Position numbers and translations under genes: made by a program. Shown here piece after piece: positions 19,570 to 28,100 of a stretch of DNA of 64,000 bases. Every line of letters begins with the position of its first letter. The first letter of the stretch is position 1. This DNA is from an uncultured Bacteroidia bacterium (GTDB lineage: Bacteria > Bacteroidota > Bacteroidia > J057 > CALDDN01), in NCBI GenBank assembly GCA_937936615.1, contig CALDDN010000038.1, forward strand, positions 7,226 to 71,225, read 5' to 3'. The notes under the pieces are model-generated. The model did not search any database, was not told the DNA's origin, and saw nothing but the letters and a program-made list of their open reading frames with translations.

Positions 19570-20236
19570 GTGGGGCGGCCTGCTTGTGGCGGCGACGGTG
19601 CTGGTTTTATGGGGGCTGTGCCTGAGGGCCGGTCTGCAGGCCGAGCACAACTGGGCCGGTCCGTGGCCCTATGTTCTCATCCTGATTCAGACGCATCTTT
19701 ACGCGGGAGTTTTCATCACGGCGCACGATGCGATGCACGGTACCGTACACCGCAACCCGCGGGTTAACGCCGCTGTCGGCTGGCTTTGTGCCACACTCTT
19801 TGCCTATAACTGGTATCCGCGCCTGCTGCGCAATCACCACGCCCACCACCGCCACGTGGGTACGCCCGACGATCCCGACGTACATCCCGCCTCCTTGCCC
19901 CTCTGGTATTTCCGGTTTCTGAAAGAATACCTGACGTGGCCGCAGTTTGTGCTTATGGCTCTGACCTTCAACGGGCTGAAGCTGATATTTCCGGTCGAAA
20001 ATGTGATTCTGTTCTGGATGGTGCCGGCTATTGTGGCAACTTTCCAGATTTTCTACTTTGGCACTTACATGCCCCACCGTGCTGCTCCCGACAACGTCCA
20101 TCGCTCGCGAACCCTCCGGCGCAATCACCTGTGGGCGTTTCTGAGCTGCTATTTTTTTGGCTATCACTACGAGCATCACGCCTCGCCCGGTACGCCCTGG
20201 TGGCTGCTCTGGCGGTTGAAACAGGCCAGGTATTAA
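19502..20236 (+). CDS. crtW: beta-carotene 4-ketolase (membrane fatty-acid-desaturase family)
   Basis: Histidine boxes HDAMHG, HHAHHRH and HYEHHASP, in a ~240-aa membrane protein inside the crt cluster. It overlaps the cyclase gene by 68 nt. Confidence 0.8.
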   Translation: MNTSSDAPAYLPPVRPAQTWLREWGGLLVAATVLVLWGLCLRAGLQAEHNWAGPWPYVLILIQTHLYAGVFITAHDAMHGTVHRNPRVNAAVGWLCATLFAYNWYPRLLRNHHAHHRHVGTPDDPDVHPASLPLWYFRFLKEYLTWPQFVLMALTFNGLKLIFPVENVILFWMVPAIVATFQIFYFGTYMPHRAAPDNVHRSRTLRRNHLWAFLSCYFFGYHYEHHASPGTPWWLLWRLKQARY

Positions 20237-20306
20237 GAAATCGATTCAAGTTTTTTTTGACGCTCAAGCGTAACTATCCTGCGCTATCAGTTGTTGAAAA
20301 AGTGCC

Positions 20307-21407
20307 ATGGTTGGTCTGCGCTTCTCCGAATACCGGCCCGACGACTCGGGCCAAACAACCTTCGATAAGCTGCTCAAGCTTTTCATGCAGCTGCTGGTCT
20401 ACACCAACGGCGATGCCGCCGAAGCTCTTAGCTGGATGAATCAGTTGGACAAGCAATACGGCTTGACAACCAACGAGTACGGCATGGGCGACTTCATTGA
20501 CGACCTGAAAGCCAAAGGCTATCTACAGGAAAACCCCAGCGAAGCCGGTACCTTCACCCTGACTGCCCGCAGCGAGAAAACCATTCGTCAGCAAGCCTTG
20601 GAAGAGATTTTCGGCAAGCTGCGTAAAAAATCGCCCGGTGGCCACCAGACCAGTTACACGGGCCTGGGGGAGGAAGCCACCGCCGACCAGAGGCCCTATC
20701 AGTTCGGCGATGCCCTCGATAACGTCCTGATGACCGAATCGATTCGTAACGCTCAAGTCAATCACGGTATAGGGGAATTTACCTTGACGGAAAACGACCT
20801 CGAAGTGGCCGAGACCGAGTTCAAGACGCTGACCTCGACAGTGCTCATGATCGACATCTCGCACTCGATGATCCTTTACGGCGAAGACCGCATCACCCCT
20901 GCCAAAAACGTGGCCATGGCCCTGGCCGAACTCATCACCACGCGTTATCCCAAAGACAAGCTCGATATCCTCGTATTCGGAAACGATGCCTGGGCCATTG
21001 AGATCAAAGACCTGCCCTATCTGCAGGTAGGCCCCTACCACACCAATACGGTGGCAGGTCTGGAACTGGCCATGGACCTGCTGCGCCGTCGCAAAACGCA
21101 CAACAAGCAGATTTTCATGATCACCGACGGCAAGCCGACCTGCCTCAAAGAAAATGGACGGTACTACAAAAACAGCTTCGGCCTCGACCGTAAGATCGTC
21201 AACCGAACCCTCGATCTGGCAGCCCAGTGCCGACGGCTCAAGATTCCGATTACTACTTTTATGATCGCCCGAGACCCCTATCTGCAGCGGTTTGTCAAGG
21301 AGTTTACCGAGACCAACAATGGCCGCGCCTTCTACTCGAGTCTCGATGGACTGGGTGAATACATTTTCGAAGACTACATCCGCAACCGCCGCCGCCGCGT
21401 GCGCTGA
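20307..21407 (+). CDS. VWA domain-containing protein
   Basis: 366 aa with a MIDAS-like motif, MIDISHSM. The VWA fold occupies the C-terminal two thirds. Confidence 0.8.
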   Translation: MVGLRFSEYRPDDSGQTTFDKLLKLFMQLLVYTNGDAAEALSWMNQLDKQYGLTTNEYGMGDFIDDLKAKGYLQENPSEAGTFTLTARSEKTIRQQALEEIFGKLRKKSPGGHQTSYTGLGEEATADQRPYQFGDALDNVLMTESIRNAQVNHGIGEFTLTENDLEVAETEFKTLTSTVLMIDISHSMILYGEDRITPAKNVAMALAELITTRYPKDKLDILVFGNDAWAIEIKDLPYLQVGPYHTNTVAGLELAMDLLRRRKTHNKQIFMITDGKPTCLKENGRYYKNSFGLDRKIVNRTLDLAAQCRRLKIPITTFMIARDPYLQRFVKEFTETNNGRAFYSSLDGLGEYIFEDYIRNRRRRVR

Positions 21408-21432
21408 ACCCATTTTTTCTGTTAAACCGAGC

Positions 21433-22965
21433 ATGAATCCCACTCCGGTTGCTCCGCTGGTCAATGGCCAGCATCCTCTCGCCCCCGCTCACCTGCCGCG
21501 CACCCTGGGTGCCCTGCGAGCCAGCGGTTACCGTCCCCGCAGCGTCAAAGACGAGCTGCGCGAGAACCTGCTGGCTGCCCTGCGCGAACGGCGGCCCCTT
21601 TTTACAGGCATTCTGGGCTACGAAGACAGCGTGCTGCCCGAGCTGCAGACAGCTGTGCTGGCGCGACACAATATCCTGCTGCTGGGCTTGCGCGGCCAGG
21701 CCAAAACCCGCATAGCCCGCCAGCTCACCGAGCTGCTCGACGAGTGGACCCCCATCGTCGAAGGATCGGAACTGAACGACGACCCCCTCGAGCCAGCCTC
21801 GCGGATGGCCCGCGACCTGATCGCCGTGCACGGCGACGATACCCCCGTAGCCTGGCTGCACCGTTCCGAACGCTATGTCGAGAAACTGGCTACGCCCGAT
21901 GTCTCGGTGGCCGACCTCATCGGTGATGTAGACCCCATCAAAGCAGCCACGCTCAAGCTGCCTTATTCCGATGAGCGGGTTATCCATTATGGCCTCGCTC
22001 CTCGGGCCAATCGCTGTATTTTCGTGCTCAACGAGCTGCCCGACTTGCAGCCCCGCATTCAGGTGGCTCTCTTCAACCTGCTGCAGGAACGCGACCTGCA
22101 GATCCGTGGCTTCAAAATGCGCCTGCCCGTCGACGTGTGTTTCGTTTTCACAGCCAACCCCGAGGACTATACCAACCGTGGGTCGATTGTTACGCCCCTC
22201 AAAGACCGGATTGAGAGCCAGATTCTGACGCACTACCCCAAACAGGTAGAAATTGGAATGCAGATCACGAAGCAGGAAGCTGAACTGGCACCGGCCCAGC
22301 ACGAGCGCGTGCGCTGCCCCGAGCTGATCGCTGAATTGGTGGAGCGCATCGCTTTTGCAGCCCGCGAAAGCGAGTACGTCGATCCCAAAAGCGGGGTTTC
22401 GGCCCGCCTGACCATCGCCGCCTACGAACTGGTCTATGCGGCAGCCGAGCTGCGCCTGATGCACAGCGGCGAGGCAAAGACGCAACTGCGTTTGCTCGAT
22501 CTGTATGCGGCTGTGCCTGCCATCACAGGCAAAATTGAGCTGGTCTACGAGGGCGAGCAGGAAGGCCCCCTCCAGGTGGCTCTCTCACTCATCAATAAGG
22601 CCATCAAGGCCGCTTTCGTGCAGCACTTTCCCGACCCCGAAAAAGTAAAGCGGGCCAAGAAACCCAATCCCTACGAAAAAGTCATCGAGTGGTTCAACAG
22701 CGGCCACACCCTCGATCTGCTGCGCCAGTCTACCGACCGCGACTACCAGCAAGCCCTTGAGTCGGTTCAGGGCCTGTCCGATCTGGTCTCCTTTTATTGC
22801 AAGGGCATCGATTCGGTCGATCGTCCGGTCTACATGGAACTGCTGCTCAATGGCCTGGCAGAGTTCTCGCAGATCAGCCGCCAACGTTTGGTCAAAGGTT
22901 TTGCCTTCAAGGACATGCTGGGCAGTCTCTTCAAAGGTGGCAGCCTCGACGACGAGGACGAGTAA
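21433..22965 (+). CDS. AAA+ ATPase, ChlI/Mg-chelatase-like
   Basis: Starts at ATG 21433 (MNPTPVAPL). Has a variant Walker A (LLLGLRGQAKT), a Walker B region (IFVLNELPDL), and the ...LLQERDLQIRGF... pattern of ChlI-type ATPases. The track start at 21292 overlaps the VWA gene. Confidence 0.8.
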   Translation: MNPTPVAPLVNGQHPLAPAHLPRTLGALRASGYRPRSVKDELRENLLAALRERRPLFTGILGYEDSVLPELQTAVLARHNILLLGLRGQAKTRIARQLTELLDEWTPIVEGSELNDDPLEPASRMARDLIAVHGDDTPVAWLHRSERYVEKLATPDVSVADLIGDVDPIKAATLKLPYSDERVIHYGLAPRANRCIFVLNELPDLQPRIQVALFNLLQERDLQIRGFKMRLPVDVCFVFTANPEDYTNRGSIVTPLKDRIESQILTHYPKQVEIGMQITKQEAELAPAQHERVRCPELIAELVERIAFAARESEYVDPKSGVSARLTIAAYELVYAAAELRLMHSGEAKTQLRLLDLYAAVPAITGKIELVYEGEQEGPLQVALSLINKAIKAAFVQHFPDPEKVKRAKKPNPYEKVIEWFNSGHTLDLLRQSTDRDYQQALESVQGLSDLVSFYCKGIDSVDRPVYMELLLNGLAEFSQISRQRLVKGFAFKDMLGSLFKGGSLDDEDE

Positions 22966-22983
22966 GCCGACGACCGGCTGTCA

Positions 22984-23017
22984 GGCTGTATGCCGAAACG
23001 TCAGCCCATGTTTTTTC
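22984..23017 (+). terminator. weak putative terminator
   Basis: ggctg (22984-22988) pairs with cagcc (23002-23006), followed by catgtttttt. The stem is short. Confidence 0.35.
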
Positions 23018-23042
23018 GCTACATTAGCCCTAAATCAATTGT

Positions 23043-23690
23043 ATGCGAAAAAATATCGGTCTTTGGGGCTGGGTTCGGCGTCTGTTCTATTTCCAGCTCA
23101 TCGTTTTGAGCCTGGTTATCCTGGTGGTACTGGCGTGGCCCCGGCCCTTTCTGCAGGCAGCAGGCAATTATCTGATTGTATCGGATGACGTGCAAGCGGC
23201 CGACGTAGTCTTCGTACTATCGGGTTCCCCCAACGAGCGGGCTGCCGAAGCCGCACGCCTGCTCCGTGGCCCGCTGCGCGAGAGCCGTGTCGTCTGCACG
23301 GGTGAGCTGGTGCCCGAACTGCTCAAAACGCTTAATCTAGCCATCAACGAGGGCCAGCTGACGCAAATGGCCCTGATTCAGCAGGGCATCGACCCTGCCC
23401 GTACGGAAGTCTATCCCCACGGCACTAGCACCTGGGAAGAGGCAGGCTACATCTGGGAATACGCTCGGGCACGGGGGCTGCGGCGCATCGCTGTCGTTAC
23501 GTCGGCTTTCCATACGCGACGGGCCCGCTGGTGCCTGGAGCGGCGGCGGCAGCCGGGCGATGCCGAGCTGCGTCTGCATGCGGCTGCCCCTACCGGTTAC
23601 GACCTCGATCACTGGTGGCAGAGCGAAGGTGGCTTGCTTTTTGTGAACAATGAGTACGTCAAATTCTGCCATTACACCCTCAAATACTGA
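23043..23690 (+). CDS. DUF218 (YdcF/ElyC/SanA) family protein
   Basis: 215 aa with an N-terminal TM helix. Matches the family pattern: VVFVLSGS..., TSTWEEA..., IAVVTSAFHTRRA. Confidence 0.75.
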   Translation: MRKNIGLWGWVRRLFYFQLIVLSLVILVVLAWPRPFLQAAGNYLIVSDDVQAADVVFVLSGSPNERAAEAARLLRGPLRESRVVCTGELVPELLKTLNLAINEGQLTQMALIQQGIDPARTEVYPHGTSTWEEAGYIWEYARARGLRRIAVVTSAFHTRRARWCLERRRQPGDAELRLHAAAPTGYDLDHWWQSEGGLLFVNNEYVKFCHYTLKY

Positions 23691-23693
23691 GCA

Positions 23694-24374
23694 ATGAAAA
23701 TCCAGCTCAAAGACATTCTGGACTACGTAACGGACTCGTTTGCGGCCAAAGCCCGCGACACTGCCAACGACGCGGTAACGCGGCACGTCATCTACTCGAT
23801 GGGTGCAGGCCTGGTACCTTTGCCCCTGATTGATGTGGCGGCCGTCTCCACGGTGCAGCTGAGCTTGATCCGCCGACTCTGTGAAATCTACAACGTCGAA
23901 TACAGCGAGAGCGTGGGCAAGTCGCTGCTTGCGGCCCTGGTAGGCGGCACGGCGGCCCGTGTCGGAGCCAGCCTCATCAAAGGCATTCCCGTCGTGGGGT
24001 TTCTGGTGGGGGGTGTTTCGCTTTCGATCATGGCCGGAGCTTCGACCTATGCCGTAGGCCAGGTCTTTATCAGCCATCTGGAGGCCGAGGGCAGTCTGGA
24101 CAATTTCAACATCGATGCCTGGCGGCGGGCTTACGAACAGCAGCTTGAGCGCGGCAAGGAGATCGCCGCCCGTCTGCAGAAGCAGCAGAACCAGAAAAAA
24201 TCAGCCTCGAAGGCTGCCAACGACCCCGCAGCCACCGGCACGAAAACTTCGGTAAGCCACCCTGTAGACGATCTCTTCGACAAAATCGAGCGGCTGAACG
24301 AACTGCGCGAACGCGGTATCCTGACCGATGAAGAATTTCAGGCCAAGAAATCGAGTCTGCTGCAGCAGATCTGA
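23694..24374 (+). CDS. DUF697-like membrane protein with a C-terminal SHOCT motif
   Basis: The GLVPLPLIDVAAVSTVQLSLIRRLCEIY...IKGIPVVGFLVGG pattern resembles DUF697. The C-terminus LNELRERGILTDEEFQAKKSSLL is SHOCT-like. Confidence 0.65.
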   Translation: MKIQLKDILDYVTDSFAAKARDTANDAVTRHVIYSMGAGLVPLPLIDVAAVSTVQLSLIRRLCEIYNVEYSESVGKSLLAALVGGTAARVGASLIKGIPVVGFLVGGVSLSIMAGASTYAVGQVFISHLEAEGSLDNFNIDAWRRAYEQQLERGKEIAARLQKQQNQKKSASKAANDPAATGTKTSVSHPVDDLFDKIERLNELRERGILTDEEFQAKKSSLLQQI

Positions 24375-24382
24375 TTCCTGCC

Positions 24383-24769
24383 TCAAGTTAATGAAAAATT
24401 CGACCGCCTGCTCCGATTGGGGCAGGCTTTTTTGTTTGAATAACAAAAATAGATACTGCGATCAGTCATCCTGTGCCGGCAGGTGCCGTATTTTTTGAAG
24501 AGCGGAACACCAGTTATTCGGCCTGATTCGTACCTACTAGTAACAATTTCGATCATATAAGCCATAAAGAATGACTTCGGCTCGTGTCCTTGATGAATCG
24601 CCTTGCAGTCAAGGTTGTATGTGTCCGATTCAGAAAATGGTATTGCCGCTGTGTCTACCTCGTACGGAGCTATCAATCTTTCGACGGACGAGTAAAGCTG
24701 TTGGACGTGCAAGCCGCCCACGATATTCCCTGAGGAGTTTCTGGGGCCACTGTCAAACGTCAGTCCCAA
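24383..24769 (-). CDS. hypothetical ORF, or a gene remnant, in the AT-rich flank
   Basis: This 128-aa ORF is the only sizeable one in the 24.4-25.1 kb spacer. I recognise no motif. Its 3' end overlaps the plus-strand terminator. It may be non-coding. Confidence 0.2.
   Translation of the reverse strand: MGLTFDSGPRNSSGNIVGGLHVQQLYSSVERLIAPYEVDTAAIPFSESDTYNLDCKAIHQGHEPKSFFMAYMIEIVTSRYESGRITGVPLFKKYGTCRHRMTDRSIYFCYSNKKACPNRSRRSNFSLT
24404..24438 (+). terminator. intrinsic terminator
   Basis: gcctgc (24406-24411) pairs with gcaggc (24422-24427), followed by ttttttgttt. Confidence 0.7.
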
Positions 24770-25120
24770 GCTCCTTTAAGGCAGTTCTGCTGGACAAATT
24801 CATCGTGCTCCCAGAGCCGGCAGAACCTTAAGACCGCCGGCAATGCTCTGTTGATTTTTCGGTTGCTTGGCTCAACTCAGCCAGCGAAGCAAAGGTTCTT
24901 CCCTTTGAACTCCTGCCAAGTCTGCCAGACCGTCGCCTTTTTGTATACTCTAACGTTGACATGTATTGGCCAACCTATGTTTCGTTTCCTGTTTTTATAG
25001 GAACCGGTGTTGATTTTTAAACCGATGAAAAAAAGTTTTACTTTTAGGGTATCCCTTTTGAAAAGGAATAAATGTCTTTCAAAAAAATAAAATCAGACTG
25101 AGCAGTTACTTTTGCAGAAT

Positions 25121-28100
25121 ATGAATGCATTTCAGGCGCATAGCGAAATCATTGAACTATACCGTTCTTACCTGAACAGCTTTGTAAACATCGCCGATGC
25201 TGACATCAAAGAGCGGGTCAACCATGAGCTGACTGATCCCTCGCGGCTGTTGCCCGAGCCACTGATCAACTTCAATCCTGACTACCAAGTCGGCGGTTCG
25301 ACTGCCGAGCTGATTGCCCAACAGGTGCTGCATCCCGAATTGGGGAATGTCTTTCCAAATTACGCCCTCCACCGGCACCAAGTGGAAGCCATCCGGCTTG
25401 GTCGTGCCGGTCAGAGCTTCGTGGTTACTTCGGGTACGGGGTCGGGCAAATCGCTGACCTATCTGGCGACGGTGTTCGATGACTTGTTCCGCAACCCCAA
25501 CCAGAAAGGCGTTGTAGCCCTGCTCGTCTATCCGATGAATGCCCTGATCAACTCGCAGGAGCGAGAGATCAAGAAGTACGTCGAAGACTACTGCAAGCTG
25601 ACGGGTCGCTCCTTTCCGATCACCTTTGGCAAGTACACCGGTCAGGAGGGAGAGGAAGAGCGAGCAAAACTTCAGGAAACCCCGCCGCAGCTGCTGCTGA
25701 CCAACTACATGATGCTGGAACTAATCCTGACGCGGGTACAGGAGCAGCGGATTGCCCGTGCTATCGATCAAAACATTAAGTACTTGGTTTTCGATGAGTT
25801 GCACACCTACCGTGGCCGTCAGGGTACGGACGTAGCGATGCTGGCTCGGCGCATTCGCGCTCAGGCGTTGCGGAAGGCGGAACTGGTCTGTATCGGAACC
25901 TCCGCTACTCTGGCAACAGGAGACGCCGCCCGATCGCCTCGTGCGGAAGCCGCGCGGGTAGCGCAGGAATTTTTCGGCATTCCCTTTACCGAGGATCAGG
26001 TGGTGCTCGAGACCCTGACTCGTTCGTTTTCGCAGGTGTCTGTTTCAAACGATGAACTGCGCGAGGCCGTCGCCCGCCTGCAGCAGCCCCGCTCCGATGC
26101 CAATGAAGCCGAACTGAAAACCAATGCGCTGGCTGCCTGGATCGAGAACAACATCAGTCTGGAAGTCGGCCCTGACGGATGGTTGAAGCGTGGCAAGCCC
26201 TGCACCCTCCAGGAAATTGCCGACCGGTTGGCTGGCGATGGGGGCATCGACCCTAAGGAAGGCAAGGAGGCCATCAAAAACCTGCTCGATTGGGCCCTGC
26301 GGGTCAACATCGGCCTCAAAGATCGCAAGCCGCGCAAATCGTACCTGCCTTACCGGCTGCATCAGTTCATCCAGCAGACGGGCAACGTCTACTTGACACT
26401 GGAGGCTCCCGGGCAGCGGCACATCCAGATGGATGAGCAACTGACTGTCGAACGCGTGAATGGCCAGAAGCTGCCGCTGTTTCAGGCGGCGTTCAGTCGT
26501 CTGACAGGCCAGACCTTCATTTCGGTGCGGTGGGACATCCAGTCGAAGCGGCTGCTGGCCCAGCCCTTTGATGAGCTTTACTTTGATGATGATGAAAACG
26601 AAAACGAAACTTCCGGCGACAGCAAGCCGCAGCGGGGCTACCTGATCCTGCAGCCGGCTGATGAGGAAGATTTATGGAAGGATGAAGACCTCGAAATCCT
26701 GCCGCCGAGCTGGTTTTCCGAATCGAAAAAAAAGGGGGTCGTGCTCAAGAAAGACAAGCAGAAATTGCTGCCTCAAAAATTGTGGTTCGATGCCCGTGGA
26801 GCAACCTATGCTCACGAAGGGGAGGGCCGCCTGGCGGGCTGGTTTGTCAGTTACCCGCTGACCATCGATCCGACGGCCAAGGTCGTCTACGAATCGGCCA
26901 GACGACGCTCGCGCGAGATCGATGTCCTTTCGAACGTGGGCCTCGATGCCCGGAGCACGGCCAATACCCTGCTCAGCTACCTGGCGGTGCAGGTTCAAAG
27001 CAGGCACCTGGGAGACCTGAACTCGTCCAAGGTTCTCTGCTTTGTCGATTTTCGGCAGGATGCCTCGCTGCAGGCGGGCCACTTCAACGACTTTGTACGG
27101 ACGGTATCGCTGCGCTCGGCTCTGCTGAAGGCCGTCCGGCAGGCCTCCCCCGATCAGCCCGTTAAAATGAGCAACGTCGGCCAGCATCTGTTCGACCAGC
27201 TCGATCTGCCGTTCCTGGAATACGCCGATCAAAGCGAAGAAATAGAAGAAGGACCTTTGCGAAAGAGTTACGAGAAGCAACTAAAAGAATTTTTATTCTA
27301 TTGGGCCGTTAGCGACTTGCGGCTGGCGTGGCGGGTGGCTATGCCCAACCTGGAACAGACCGCTCAGGTACGCATCGCATACGAAAAGCTGGATCAGGTG
27401 CTTGCGGAGGCTGCTTTCTCAGAAAAGCTGGCCCAAAGCCTCTGCGTGGAGCTGACCGACCAAAATCGGTCGAAGATCTGCGACATGGTCTGCGATACCC
27501 TCGATTATTTCCGCAGATCGTTTGCTATCAGCTATGATCCTTACAAAAACCTGCTACTACTCCATAATTTCTTTAAACATTTCGATAAGTTGAATGATGA
27601 CTGGTCGCCCGATGAGGATGAAAAGCCAGAGCCGCTGTGCGCGTTTTACATCGAAAAAGACAAGACAGCCAAAGCGATTAAAGAGGCGAAAAACTACGTG
27701 CTGCTGAGCATCGGTTCTCATTCAAATTACGGACGATACTTCAGGCGAACCTATCGCGACCTGACGGGATCATCGCTCGATAAAACGAACTACGGCCTCG
27801 TTCTCAAAAACTTTCTGGGGGTTATGTGTAGGGGCGGTTTTCTGAAAAAAATTGAATTGAAGAGCGATGGCCCGGAAGTGCAGTATATTTACCAGTTGGA
27901 TGGGTCGCTCATTGAGTGGGTGGCAGGCGATGGGCAGACGCCCTACCATGATCACGTGCGTGTACCCGTCAAAAATCCGAATTTTAAGCCTCCGGCTCCC
28001 AATGCGTTCTTTCAGCGGCTTTACAGCGAGGGGATCCAGCTCAATACCAAACTCAAGGCCAAGGAGCACACGGGTCAGATTGACAAAGCTACCCGAGAAC

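Noticed and set aside
20523-22485. 313-aa and 393-aa minus-strand ORFs.
   Set aside because: They lie antisense to the VWA and AAA+ genes.
24571-24831. 86-aa plus-strand ORF, and a 19-aa hydrophobic mini-ORF (24961-25020), in the AT-rich flank.
   Set aside because: They have no motifs and no convincing start context, and the first overlaps the opposite-strand ORF. The evidence is insufficient.
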